Source: Haliotis rufescens (lineage: Eukaryota). Taken from it: DNA of 64,000 nt. A program made the position numbers and the translations under genes. The stretch is from NCBI RefSeq assembly GCF_023055435.1, contig NW_025964372.1:51646001-51710000 (forward strand), in the 5' to 3' direction. This document shows positions 37,523-50,513 of the stretch, one piece after another (within the stretch, counting starts at the first letter, position 1; every line of letters begins with the position of its first letter). The notes beneath the pieces were generated by a model. That model did no database searches and had not been told where the DNA came from. It saw only the letters and a program-made list of their open reading frames with translations.

Positions 37523-37693
37523 GGGGCGGTCGGGTAGCCTAGTGGTTAAAGCGTTCGCTCGTCACGCCGAAGACCCGGGTTCGATTCCCGACATGGGTAC
37601 AATGTGTGAAGCCCATTTGTGGTGTCCCCCGCCGTGATATTGCTGGAATATTGCTAAAAGCGGCGTAAAACCATACTCACTCACTCACTCACT
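37523..37693 (+). mobile_element. SINE family A, young full-length copy
   Basis: 15-bp TSD tccatggcccactgg at 37510 and 37693. Confidence 0.95.
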
Positions 37694-39604
37694 CCATGGC
37701 CCACTGGCACAAAGGTATATATAGCAGCTCAGCTGTATCGTAAGGGAGTTACGATAAATGTTGCGCCACAACTGCTTTGTGCAAATGGGACCTGGCACTG
37801 ATAGGACTAAACCTTAAGATGCTTCTGGGTGTCAACACTTGAAACTTTTCTGTAGACATTAATAATCGGTGAACGTTGGTCGTTCACGTGTCTTGAGGAT
37901 ACATGATGTTGTTGACGTCACCATACTCTGTACAGTATAGCATCAGCTAGGCATCCAGCAACACTACTTAGAGACCCTCAAACAAGGATGGCGGGGAAAG
38001 TGATGTATTCATAAATAATACAAGAGAACGAGTTTCGAGACATATCACTGGAATCCGTAGGGATTTCCTGTACGGGTCCATTATCTTTTAAAGAGGGGGG
38101 TAGTTGCCCAGTTCTGAATCGCAGTTTGCGGAGAGTGTTCCGTCAGTAACAGCACACCCAAAACCTATATTTGTCAACATTTATTGATGACCTTTACTTG
38201 GCATATAAGTTTAAAAAGGTTATGTTTTAAAATGAAGGTTTCAAACAATAAACAAACTGTTAATATAAATAAATGAATATAGTTAAGACTAACCCAAAAA
38301 AATATAGTTGAATAAATATGGATATATGTGTTGTCCCCCCAATTTATATATGTTTTTGTTTTAAAGGCCGATTATTTTACTTTTATGCAAAATAGATACC
38401 AACTATAGATACATAATGAATGCTTGTGATACCAGCTTTCATTTGATATCTAATATGATATGGTTTTTAAAAAATGAAACAAACATTTTCGGGCTTTTTC
38501 ATATTGATTCATCCCCTAAAGATCTTTACCAAACTAAACAATTTTCCCCAACTTAGATTTTTACAATGTTGTAAGGGGATGCCTTCTGTACATGGAACAG
38601 GAGAAATAATTTCTGCAGCAACTTGTGCCGGGTTTGGTGGGATTTGACACTATAATTGACCGGACTACCAGTGTAGGTTGCCATTATAAACCTCCGGGGT
38701 CGCTATCCTATTGTTCTCCAGAGGGGTTAAAACTCACAAACAGTGATGTTATATAATATGTAATAATATCCCAGGGATTTTACATAATATCCCAAAGATT
38801 TATTTTACACCTCAGGTATTTTAATAATACAACTTCCGTTTATACTGAAACATATGAACGTTTCTCGGTAGAAATTTATTTTGCATTTGAACACAATGAA
38901 TTGATATGTGAAATCAAATGACAAATGCTCTCTTTATATTCCCGCGGATCGAACATGCAACCTTCATATCTGTAGCCCAGTGAGTGAGTGAGTGAGTGAG
39001 TGTACCACGAGGCTACAGAGGCGCTGATAAATCACAATGCTTTGATGAATGTCTTCAAGTACCGAACGTCAGCAACAGATATTTTACGCCCGTTTCCTAA
39101 GGTTCATGGAAAGTATGTTTGAAACAAAAATGTTGATAAATGTTTTGTTTTTTAAGTTTCCCTTTTAAGTTTATAAGCGTGATAAAACATTTACGCCCTT
39201 CGGTTTTATCCCTTGGATTCTTGTTTTAAATCACCTAAAAACCCTCGGACGTGTTTTATCCCTTGGATTCTTGTTTTAAACCACCTAAAAACCCTCGGAC
39301 GTGTTTTATCCTATACACAAACAAGCGCACCGCCCACTGCCCCGAGTCCCGAGTGTCATAACAAGCTAAGCTGGTTGAAAAATAAATTTAATGCCCCCCA
39401 CTTTCGAGTTATCTGCCCTTGTGCACACGAACACGACAGGCTTGACCGGTGTCCTAGAATGCTGGCTGTACCTATATAACAGCGATTTGAGGGTTTTTTC
39501 GACCCAACGTTTTTCCATCTATTGGCAAAGTGCGATCTGGATACAATTTGGAAACACCCAGCTTCCAATATTTATGAGGTCACATGTGTTACTTGTTGTA
39601 TTGC

Positions 39605-40435
39605 ATGATTGCCGTAAAAGGCGAATATCCTTGTCGTAAGAGCCGACTAACGGGATTGGGTGATCAGACTCATCGACTTGGTTGACGCATGTCATCGTAT
39701 CCCATTTGCGTGGATCGATGCTCATGTCAATCACTGGATTGTCTGGTCCAGACTCGATTATTTACAGACCACCGTCATATTGCTGAGTACAGCGTTAAAC
39801 AACAAACAAAAACTTGTTGTATTGGCTGTACAACTGTAACCGTGTTCAAAAATAATATATTTTTTAGTAATTGATCCTGTGTTGGTCATTGACAGTTTGG
39901 TTATGGGTACACGTTTCTGAGCTAAGCTCTACGTTTCAGTTTAGAAACCGCCTTTTAACACTGTAACATGTATGGTGAACCAAGGACCACAATGGAGGTG
40001 AAGCTGGGATCCAAACCTCAAACCCAAAATAATTATTCTTGCTGGCCTCTGTGGCCCTTTTACCCGATGCTTGTTCCAAGATCAGAGGAACCAGAGTTAG
40101 GTCCCCTACACAGTACACACAACTGCTTCTCACAAGACGTCACTAATTTGGATCAAGTGGTAACATTCGGTTGTTTGCGTGTCATCACCACACAGGACAT
40201 ATCTCATAATTTTGTCCCATGCTTGCGGTAAAATGCGACCATGCTTGTCATAAGAGGCGACCAACAGGATCAGGTGGTCAGGCTCATCGACTTAGTTGAT
40301 GAATGTCATTGTCATTGTCATTGTGTGGATCGATGCGCATGATGTCAATCACTGGATTGTCTGGACTCGATTATTTACAGACCGCTGTCACATAGCTGCA
40401 ACATTGCAGAGTGTAGCGTTAAAAACAAAAAAAAA
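39605..40435 (+). mobile_element. two separate family B copies (39605-39811 and 40217-40435)
   Basis: Family consensus. Confidence 0.8.
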
Positions 40436-41402
40436 TCATTTAGTCTACTTGTACCTGACCTGGACTCGATTTTTCTTCCAGGTCACTCTGATGTAGCTGC
40501 AATCATCCGACTTTTGTATAGAACAAACATATTCCTTAAAGATGTTATGTCTGACATCTCTTCCCTAGCCATCTTAATGAAATTGTAACAAGTGTCATCA
40601 CTAGACAACATATTCCCTTGATCACGCGCAATTCGCAAATGGATTTAGACTACTTTGGGTTTATTGCCATAGGATACCTTAAGTTCAGTGAAGAAAAATA
40701 TAATGCTGTTCAGTATTTTTCAATATCCCAAATCATCAAAAGGCACCAGTTCACCACTAGACTGATCTATAGCAAGTTTCATCCAGAAATATATTCCATG
40801 TTTTTTTACTTCTGCTCTGGAAACAAGCACGCAACTTGTCATGAAAACAAAAATAACAAGTGTATAGTTGACAAAGTCATCTATATCCCCCGCCCATTTT
40901 AACACGTTATGGTCCCAAACCAGGTAACTGACCCAACATTTCTCTTAGCCCATGTCAAAATAGCTGCAATGGAAATTCTAAAATAAACATTTCTAAAACT
41001 CCATAATATAAAATGGCACTAGTTCAGTATGCGCTTTATATATAGACATGCAATGTTTGGCAAGGAAATATTTAACAGTTTATTCGTTATACTCCATAAG
41101 TATGCACACGCACACACACGGAACCCATTTCTATATCCCCCGCCAACTTTGTTTGGGCGGGGGATAAATATAAGAAAACAAAAATTCTAAATCAACAAAG
41201 GTCAGCAGTTCACCACAAAAATGATTCAAAGCAAATTTCAACAAGAAATATTCAAGGTTCAGTAGTTTTGCTCCAGAAACTGAAAACAGATGGAAAACAT
41301 ACAGCCTGACAGACATGCTGATAGCGATATCCTCTGTTTTGAAAAAAGACTGACTAGAAACAATATTTTCACTTTTTTTTTTATTCCCCACCAAATAGAC
41401 AT

Positions 41403-41634
41403 TTAAGCTTTGACTGCATACTTTCGGGTAGGGTACAGGCGCTCTCTCTTCTGTTCCTTCTTTGTCTTGATAGAGCGTTCAAACTTGCTGAGGGCACGCC
41501 TCATGGCTCTTGTCTTCTTGGGGCGGAGATCCTTGGGCTTAAAGCGCTTTGTCTTGTAGAATTTCCTCAAGTTCTCCTTTTGTGTCTGATTGATGACTGT
41601 CAGGACTCTAGCGATAGATTTCCTCACTGAGCAT
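41403..41634 (-). CDS. RPL35: 60S ribosomal protein L35 (uL29), exon 4
   Basis: [25 protein letters not shown]...[12 protein letters not shown]...RKYAVKA*. ctgcag|A acceptor; AATAAA at 41380-41385 on the - strand. Confidence 0.97.
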
Positions 41635-41972
41635 CTGCAGCAAAAGAACAATAGCATCAGAAATCAATTCATGAATATACAACGTAATACTAAACTCAAC
41701 TATATAATAAACACAATACGCTTAAAGATTTTGGGTGTTTAAGACCAAGATTATGATTTGATAATAAACAAATCATGATTGTGTCCAATAGAAACTAATT
41801 GTGAAAAACTGGGTGCCAAAGTAATGGTTGAAGGAATATAGTGATATCTGCCCAATCCTCATTTCAGGCTATGAGTAGTGTGGACCTACTCTTTTCCTTT
41901 TGGTAAAAAATATTTTGATCACAACCCAGCAGATTTACTTGGCACCTATTCTGTCTCAGCCAGTTTGCTTAC

Positions 41973-42034
41973 ATCTTAGCCAACTTTGAGGCAGCTCCTC
42001 CGGTAACCTTGGCAACACGAAGACCAGCAAGTTC
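41973..42034 (-). CDS. RPL35: RPL35 exon 3
   Basis: ELAGLRVAKVTGGAASKLAK. tttcag| acceptor, AT|GTAAGC donor. Confidence 0.95.
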
Positions 42035-42084
42035 CTGAAATTAGGAAAGTCATTGGTCAGATAATTCACTGGGCATCAGGTCTA

Positions 42085-42960
42085 TTTGTTTCTTTGTTGT
42101 TTAACGCTGCACTCAGCAATATTCCAGCTACATGACGACGTTCTGTAAATAATCAAGTCTGGACCACGTAATTGGGATAAGATGACATGCATCAACCAAG
42201 TCAGCGAGCCTGACCTGTTAGTCGTCTCTTACTACAAGCAGTCACCTTTTACGGCAAGCATGGGTTGCTGAATGGGAATTTCCACATACATCTATAACTA
42301 TTAAAGTTTGTGGCCTCTAATACTGCAGCTTATATCCAAGATGACTTCCGCATTAGTACTCAAGTACTCAGGCTTAACGCAAGTACAACAGAGGACACAA
42401 GTATACAATAGACTTGTAAAACAACTTATGAACCAATCAAATTACGGGTAGTCTCCTTGCCTTACATTACTTTGTTCAATGCCACACTCAACAATATTCC
42501 AGCTATATGCGTGAGTGAGTGAGCGAGTTGGGTTTAACACCACTTTTAACATTCCAGTTATATCACGGCATGTCAGCTTAATGTGGGAGGAAAGCCCGAA
42601 GTGATGCAGGTCTCAGACAGTTACCACTTCGGTGAAACCCACGAGCACGGGCATGGTGCTGACAAACCTAGAAACATAATCGGGGCGAACCGGGATTTGA
42701 ACCCACAATCTTAGGTTTCTGGTGTGCCCAAGGGACGCAACTCTGCACAGCGAATTGCGACACCTTAGACTGCCACCTCCAGTTGTATGACAGAGGTCTG
42801 TAAATAATCAAATCTTTAACAGACAATCCAGCAATTGACATCAATCCATTGATCTACACAACAGGGGTACAATGACATGCATCAACCAATTCAGCAAGTC
42901 TTGACTACCCAGTCCCTTTAGTAGCTTCTTACAACAATCATGTGTTGCTTAAAACTAATT
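42085..42960 (-). mobile_element. family B copy (42085-42272) and a second family B copy split by a nested family C SINE (42511-42770), in RPL35 intron 2
   Basis: The family B tail at 42470-42510 resumes at about 42785 after the family C element. Confidence 0.85.
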
Positions 42961-43082
42961 CTAACCCAGACCATCACGTTTTTCACATCAATGTCTTTAC
43001 CGAGTCTGAACAAGGGAAAACTGAGCTCGGTTGAGAGCAGAGCTGAACACCGCCTTGAACAGTATTTTATGTCATCATTTAT

Positions 43083-43422
43083 TAGGGCTGGGACGATACA
43101 CCAACTGTGTGATCCGATACGTATCATGATACTTGTCTGTGCTCTCATCTGTGGTCCCTAAGTCAATGGTTTCATACACAGGATGACCAAATACCTGGCA
43201 CACTGATGATTCACAGTTGTCAGTGTCATGTATGTCACAATGGATATTAATTACGTTTTCACCACAAATGTTTACCAATTAGTATTTGGTTAAACAGTTA
43301 TCAAAGCAAACACTGAAGGTAAGAATCGATATGTTTACATAGTGTGCGACTGTAATGGATACTTGTATTGAGAAGTAAAAAACCATGATCCACTGATGCA
43401 TCAGTGTATCAACCCATCACTA
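43083..43422. mobile_element. hAT-type MITE
   Basis: TAGGGCTGGGACGATAC...GTATCAACCCATCACTA ends with a perfect 8-bp TSD tcatttat. Confidence 0.88.
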
Positions 43423-44140
43423 TCATTTATCATGGGGGAGGAAAGCAAAATGTCTGGACTCCAGATAACTTGTTAAGCTATTGAGTATTTACTGACATGG
43501 TACATTATGATTTACATTTGTTGATAGTTCTCTTTGGGTTTTCAAATATTCTTACTCCCTTGGGTTCAGTCTATTGGGGAATATTACACAAATGAGTAGA
43601 CAACCTAAAAAAATAATACTGCTTGTTATGTTTTAGGCGACTTCAAATATGTATCTGTATTTGTGCTGCAACAAGTGGATAACTCGCAACAGTAATAAGC
43701 ATGATAAGTTATATGCACGTCTAATTAATAAGCGAAACATAGCGCCTTTTTTATGCATTATTCAATGCAGTCAAGTTCATGTATGTGTGTTGCCTGCACT
43801 CCATCAGAAAATATATATCTGTGAAGAAATACATGTACAGTAATTAAGTTGAAAAGGATACATTGGGTAATTATGTACAGTGTTGTAATACCATATTGTT
43901 TGCATTATGCAATTATGGCATTTATTTTGCACATCATATGCAAATACTCAGCTTAAATGGAGCTATGAAAACTTAATAGACGTTCATCAAGTCAAACCAA
44001 GGATAATCATTGTGTTGACAGTGAATATTATCCCAGTCAGCATGTACAAACATAGTTAGCAGGCCATTGTGATCCTCAGATGTACAAGCAAGGGTCACAG
44101 GGGTGTGGCCTGACACCACAGAGTTTCCATGGTTACTGAC

Positions 44141-44215
44141 CTCCTGCAGGTCTTGGAGCTGCTTGGTAAGATCTTCCTTCTTCTTGCCGCGGAGATCCTT
44201 AGCCTTTACTTTGGC
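44141..44215 (-). CDS. RPL35: RPL35 exon 2
   Basis: AKVKAKDLRGKKKEDLTKQLQDLQE. tgcag| acceptor, GAG|GTCAGT donor. Confidence 0.95.
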
Positions 44216-45232
44216 CTGCAATATGTAATGATACTCATTCACTTTCTGCCAATTTCCAGTGTTAGTCAAGTCATCCTAATATTGTGAAGAATACTAAGTA
44301 TCTTCAGGGTTTGAAATAAATATTTTGTACACTCAGTAAGTCAGGACTAGCTCTTTAACAATGAATGATTTAACAAGTGAAATAGTCTTCATTTAAAAAT
44401 TATTACGGTTTCCAAGTTATGCTCCGTAAACGACAGACAAGTGGACAGACAGAGAGCGAGAGAGAGAATAAAAACTACAGCAACTGAAACAGTTCTCACA
44501 AGCAAACTCTTCTCCAAGCTCTGTTATGTAATGATTCCTGGCAGGGTTCTAAATGTCTTGGGCTGAAGTGTATTTTTACGTAGAAATCTCTATTTCATAA
44601 ATGGCAAATAATGATAAACCACATATGGCCAGTCAAAGCTGCAGGATGCTGTTTTGACCCCCCAAAATCTATACTATTATTCATTATGGTAACATTATAT
44701 TCCGTAACTATATCATATACTGATATTGCAAGTCAAGCTCCTAAGACTATACAATTTTACCCTAGCTGAGGTCTTTTGTTTGACCACGTGTCACACATTA
44801 ATGCAGTGTATGTGCATAAAACAATCGTGTCAACGATTCTGATCTTGGCCTATAATAGTTGGTAGGCTACTTAGAAGTTTAAGAACACCCGATGTTTTCA
44901 CAAGACTTAAGTTAATCTGTCATAGATCGCAGGTATTGAAACAGCCGGCCTTCAAATTGTGGATATTTTATTTTTTAACATATTTTGGATAGTATATAAT
45001 ACTGCAAAAGAAACACCGAACTAAAGCAAATCGTTTCAGAAGTGGTTTTGTTTATGGATGGGCATCGCGATTCACAAGTGAACAATTTCGATCATAACAC
45101 CCCTAAACACAAAATGATAGCTTATCCATGTACTTTAAACATTGTTTGTGTATAACGTATGTCGAATGGTTTCACATAAGCAGTGAGGGACACGGGATTG
45201 AAGAGATTGCAAAAGAATCATGTTGTATGTAC

Positions 45233-45235
45233 CAT
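45233..45235 (-). CDS. RPL35: RPL35 exon 1 (ATG only)
   Basis: ccaacATG|GTACAT preceded by a pyrimidine-rich leader (CCTTTACTATTCT), typical of ribosomal protein genes. Confidence 0.8.
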
Positions 45236-45539
45236 GTTGGAAGATGTCAGAATAGTAAAGGCCGGAACGAGGTTCTGTGAGCATTCACTTCCGGTACAAT
45301 GTCGTTACGGCAAATTGGTTTCAATATTCATCACACAACAAATTAAATTTAATATTCATCTTTCTGTTGATAATATTAACAAGAAAATATATCTCGGTTT
45401 CCATGACGAATCTGTTCTTAAATGCGGAACTGTGGCAAGTACTTGTCGTTATCTGTCAAAACGAGGCAAGATCATTCTACTTCCGGGGTGTGATTGTGTC
45501 GGTGCTAAAGACATCAGTTTCCTGGAATTATTAGCAGCT
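45236..45539. promoter_or_regulatory. bidirectional promoter shared by RPL35 and ARPC5
   Basis: Divergent start codons only 304 bp apart. ETS-type CCGGAA/TTCCGG motifs at 45262, 45289 and 45481. Confidence 0.75.
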
Positions 45540-45676
45540 ATGTCGAAAAATACTGGTGCTAGCAAGTTCAGGAGGGTAGATGTTGATCAATATGACGACG
45601 ATCGCTTCCAAGACGAAGATAACGATGTTACCGAGCAGGGGCCAAACGAGGGGGAAGTGACAACACTCCTTACACA
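45540..45676 (+). CDS. ARPC5: Arp2/3 complex subunit 5 (p16-Arc), exon 1
   Basis: MSKNTGASKFRRVDVDQYDDDRFQDE...GPNEGEVTTLLTQ, followed by the U12 donor ATATCCTTT. Confidence 0.95.
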
Positions 45677-47376
45677 ATATCCTTTGCAAATACTAATAGT
45701 TCATTTCTGAGTCACGAAATTCTGTATCTTATTCAGGAAAGAAATGTGACCAACCGTTTAAATCTTATTCGAACCTAAGTCTCTTGAGACAAAATATTTT
45801 ATTGAAACATTTTGATCAGGAAGCAGCTAAGAATTTCACATCCTCAATGCTGTCTAATTAATGATGCCTCTAGGCAAAAATGAGTTCTCAACTCTGAGGT
45901 GTTATCAGAGACCCTATACTAGACTATATGGTCTCCGGTGTAATGTTATTTATTTTGTTGAAACATAACTACTAGAAACAAATATCTGTAGCATATTTGG
46001 AAGAAATGATGTTTCAAAATTCTAATCACATGTATTTAAGGGTCATTGGGGAAGATATTTATTACACGTTTGCATGTTTGTTATCTATGGGGTTCAAGGA
46101 ACCAGGTTAAGACATTAAACTCCATACAAAGCACATGCGCTATGCTTTTCAGCACTAATGTTATGTTACTGACATCATTGCAATCTCATTAAAATGAGAT
46201 ATTTAACTCTGATACCACCCTGTATGGTTTGTTTGTTTGTTTGTTTGTTGTTTAACGCCGCACTCCGCAACATTCCAGCTATATGGTGGGTGTTTGTTAA
46301 TAATCAAGTCTGGCCCCGACAATCCAGTGATTGACATCATGAACATCGATCCGCGCAATTGGGATTGATGACAAGCATCAACAAGTCAGCGAGTCTGAGC
46401 ACCCGATCCCGTTAGCCGCCTCTTACGACAAGCATTGTCACCTTTTATGGCAAGCATGGGTTGCTGAAGATCTATTTTACCCCAGATCTTCACGGGTCCC
46501 ACCCTGTATAAAGATCTGAAGACACCTCCATAGGAGGTCGTGTCCGGTGAACTTTCTAGTCTACTAGTCAGTGCCAAGGATGCTAACTTCTCGGTATGAG
46601 TGATCTAAGCCTTGAGACCTCCATATCTGATCTTTGTATCACGAAAAAAAAGTTAATCCTCTTGTTCCGAATGTAAATGATACATGCCCTTATGTTGTTA
46701 TGTAGTATTATGTTTACCATATCGTCTCTGGGCGCCATGGTATCTACCCCAAAAGGGAGAAGTTTGGTTCTTTTGCTAAAATCAAAATTCCTGAATTGAG
46801 GTGGTGAAATGAAGCTAAATCATGTTAGAAAGCTGAACTCTGATTGGCCGAGGAACCCTTCATGCTTCCTTCATTTGAGTGTGCTGTAAAAAGCAACCTT
46901 CTATGGCAGTATGGGGATGTCCAAGATCTTCACACACAGAGGCATCATATCCCAGTTAAGGATCTGACTTTAATGAGATTGGAAAACATTGTTGATGTGC
47001 AGGAGGTAATTAAGTACATATGTTTTGGTTTGGGAATTAAATACACCTGAGCTGTTTAGTTGAAACCAAAATGTTTTTGTCAAGTTAGTAACAACTTAGT
47101 TGACAAGAAATTCATTGGGAAATCCGATAAAGATCCACATTTTACATACTTTTTTCTAGATGATAAAAGTGATCCCGCTATTGATGAGTACATTAACTCA
47201 GAACTAATGTTACTTTTGAACCTGGCTGATCATATTTACTTATCTATAATCAGGGCCACAGCATCTTCATGTGACTCTATTTATCCATGTGACATTGATT
47301 GAAAAATGAATATTTGTCCGTTATTATTTGCTTCTTGCATGCCCCATTTTGGCAAATTTTGCTTAACTTTAGATAC
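45677..47376 (+). other. ARPC5: U12-type (minor spliceosome) AT-AC intron
   Basis: 5' end ATATCCTTT, branch site TTGCTTAAC at 47359-47367, terminal AC at 47375-47376. Splicing here restores the frame (CA|A GGA AAA). Confidence 0.9.
46226..46498 (-). mobile_element. full-length family B copy inside the U12 intron
   Basis: The 11-bp TSD ccaccctgtat at 46215 and 46499 defines both ends. Confidence 0.93.
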
Positions 47377-47449
47377 AGGAAAAAATGCAGATGCCCTAAG
47401 ATTAGTGTTGAGTAGCGCTCCAGTCACCACAAAGAACCAGAATGTGAAG
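47377..47449 (+). CDS. ARPC5: ARPC5 exon 2
   Basis: GKNADALRLVLSSAPVTTKNQNVK, AAG|GTGAGA donor. Confidence 0.92.
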
Positions 47450-47989
47450 GTGAGAACGACTCCATGGAGGGATCAGACAATTATATACATTTAAACTTGC
47501 ATGTGTTCAACACTGAGGGTAGTGCTGAGGTTGGCTGCTGTAGTGTTTGAATTGAGGGCTCCCTTAAGAATGCTTAATTTTCAACTTTTAGCAATTGTGT
47601 TATGACAAGGACATCCAGACTTTCATGCTTTTTTTTACATATCAAAAACATTTACATACAATAGCTATCTTTTTTTTAGAAGATTTGCCCAGTGGTCTGC
47701 GTTGCTGCAGCATGATGTGCAGGGTTGTGTCCCTTTGTTGTTAGGATCTTTTTGAAATCCAGATTTGCCCTGATTATGATTCTTGGTTTGGCAGCACTAT
47801 TCCACTGCCAGGGGACCTCCCACATTATGCTGATCCACCGTCATCAAACTGAAATACTGTTCATAGCTGCATCAAGCAGTGAATCATCAGTCACTCTGAG
47901 CCACTTGTTTGTCTGCTCCACTAAGCCGATAAACTGGATCAGGTGGCCAGACTCAATGGCATGGTGTCATCGTACACTGATTCCTCCCT

Positions 47990-49080
47990 TGAGACCTAGG
48001 TTAAAGTAGATCCCCATCACAGGAGACCCAGGTTAAAGTAGATCCCCATCACAGGAGACCCAGGTTAAAGTAGATCCCCATCACAGGAGACCTAGGTTAA
48101 AGTAGATCCACATCACAGGAGACCCAGGTTAAAGTAGATCCCCATCACAGGAGACCCAGGTTAAAGTAGATCCCCATCACAGGAGACCCAGTTTAAAGTA
48201 GATCCCCATCACTGGAGACCCAGGTTAAAGGAGATCCCCATCACTGGAGACCCAGTTTAAAGTAGATCCCCTCACTGGAGACTCAGGTTAAAGGAGACTC
48301 CCCTAACTGGAGACCCAGGTTAAAGTAGATCCCCATCACCGGTGACCCAGGTTAAAGGAGATCCCCCTAACTGCAGACCCAGGTTAAAGTAGATCCCCAT
48401 CACCGGTGACCCAGGTTAAAGGAGATCCCCCTAACTGCAGACCCAGGTTAAAGGAGATCCCCCTAACTGGAGACCCAGGTTAAAGTAGATTCCCATCACC
48501 GGTGACCCAGGTTAAAGTTGATCCCCTCACTGGAGACTCAGGTTAAAGGGAGAATCCCCCCACAGGAGACCCAGATTAAAGGAGACCCCCCTAACTGGAG
48601 ACCCAGGTTAAAGGAGACCCCCCCCCCCCCCCCCCCTAACTGGAGACACAGGTTAAAGGGAGATCCCCCCCTAACTGGAGACCCAGGTTGAAGGAGATCC
48701 CCATCACTGGAGACCCAGGTTAAAGGGAGATCCCCCTCACAGGAGACCCAGGTTAAAGGAGATCCCCATCACTGGAGACCCACCATAAAGTAGTTCCCCA
48801 TCACTGGAGACCCAGTTTAAAGTAGATCCCCTCACTGGAGACTCAGGTTAAAGGAGATCCCCCCCTCACTGGAGACCCAGGTTAAAGGAGATCCCCCCTA
48901 ACTGGAGACACACCATAAAGTAGTTCCCCATCACTGGAGACCCAGTTTAAAGTAGATCCCCTCACTGGAGACCCAGGTTAAAGGAGACCCCCCCCCCCTA
49001 ACTGGAGACCCAGGTTAAAGGAGATCCCCCCCTAACTGGAGACCCAGTATAAAGGAGATCCCCATCACTAGAGACCCTGT
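47990..49080. repeat. 32-bp minisatellite (ggagacccaggttaaagtagatccccatcaca), about 34 copies, in ARPC5 intron 2
   Basis: Direct periodicity with variable poly-C runs. Confidence 0.95.
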
Positions 49081-49206
49081 TTAACGGGTTCGTGACATAA
49101 CTGATATAGTTCCATCATACACTGCTGACTTCGGCGTTATCACCCAACCCACTTACTCCCAGCCTGGCTGACTTCACCCTTGTTCAGACTGTGTGTGTAT
49201 TTGTAG

Positions 49207-49383
49207 GAGCGTGCCAGCCAGATAGTTGTGCGGGTGCTGACATCCTTCAAGTCCAGTGAGGTGGAAAAAGCTGTGAAGTCACTAGATGCAAGGTCAATAG
49301 ATGTGCTGATGAAATATATCTACCGTGGATTTGAGAATCCATCTGAAGGCAGCAGTGCCGTCCTCCTCACCTGGCATGAAAAG
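49207..49383 (+). CDS. ARPC5: ARPC5 exon 3
   Basis: [27 protein letters not shown]...[28 protein letters not shown], bounded by AG and GT. Confidence 0.97.
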
Positions 49384-49758
49384 GTTGGTGAAGTGAAGAA
49401 CGTTTAATGTGTTTGCGAGTTCAGCCACCATTCCAAACCCTGAGTCCAGTAAAGCGTATTTGTGTCCAGTGAGATCAGCAGATACTTGTCCATAGACTGA
49501 AATTAACTGTAAATAATGCTGTTCAGGCTAACAGATTCAAAGTTTTATGGCATAGGCTGTGTTTGATGGGATTCAGTCCCAACCTCTTGAGGCTATGGCA
49601 GAGGGGCATAGGCGACCCAGTCAACGAAGGTGCCGCAATTTGCTGTGAAACCCATGATCGTGGGTTTGAATACCGATTCGCCATGGGATTCATGGTTTCA
49701 GGAATGCCCATGTAAAAAACAATCTCATTTAAGTCAGATGTAAGTTCTCGCTACCGCT

Positions 49759-50275
49759 AAACAAAGATCTGAGGACGTCCCATTACGGCTCACATCAGAA
49801 CGACCTTTTGCAGACTTTGACCGACCACTGAAATGACTAACAAGAAGTAGTCATCAGCCAATTAGAAAGCAGCTTTCTTAAGCTTTATGGCACTCGTTTC
49901 AACCTGGCGACTTCCATTTCAGACTAAAATATGTTGAAACAGTTTTCTATCAAAATTTTTAAAACTGAACAACGAACATTCAAGAATGTCTAATACTGTA
50001 TATGGTTTAGATTGTATGGCAGTGCTTCCCACGTACTATGTAATGCCTCCTCCGTTCTAATGTTTATCCCACGAAGGCGTGAAACAGACGATAATGTTGA
50101 CGGAATCAGTTGAACGGGCCGTAACTGTCGTTCGGAATACAACGTTTTTGAGGTTGCATGATTAGAAAAGACATTCCGACTGTCACTTTCATGATCTGGT
50201 AAGCGATGCTTTGATTGGTCGGATGAAAGGTCGTTCTGATGTGAACCATGATGGGATGTCCTCAGATCTGGTTTT
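49759..50275. mobile_element. MITE with ~50-bp TIRs, apparently nested in a degenerate SINE (~49610-50410)
   Basis: agatctgaggacgtcccattacggctcacatcagaacgacctttt and its reverse complement at about 50226-50270. A tRNA-like head lies upstream and a SINE-type tail downstream. Confidence 0.75.
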
Positions 50276-50513
50276 GATGGGATTGATGAAAAACAAGCAA
50301 GACAGCGCCGTAGACGACCAGGGAACCTGTGTCCCCATCCATTACTTGAGGTCCCCAGGCTTGATGTGGCTGGGATATTGATAAGAGCAATTTAAAACCT
50401 GCTCACCCAGTGACCCTAGGTATGCATCCAGTGCAAAATCATTGATTGTTTTGTAATTAGTTTGAAGAGTATGTTAGGGGTAAAGCTCTTCCTACGAAAG
50501 AACACCTCCACAT

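Noticed and set aside
37523-37600. tRNA-Asp gene
   Set aside because: The acceptor stem is not intact and the sequence continues into a SINE body and tail with TSDs; many copies.
42980-43080. C/D snoRNA in an RPL35 intron (ATGATGA on the - strand)
   Set aside because: No D box at a suitable distance, and the motif overlaps a MITE target-site duplication.
45183-45539. N-terminal extension of the ARPC5 ORF
   Set aside because: Starts at GTG and crosses the RPL35 first exon and shared promoter; homology begins at MSKNT (45540).
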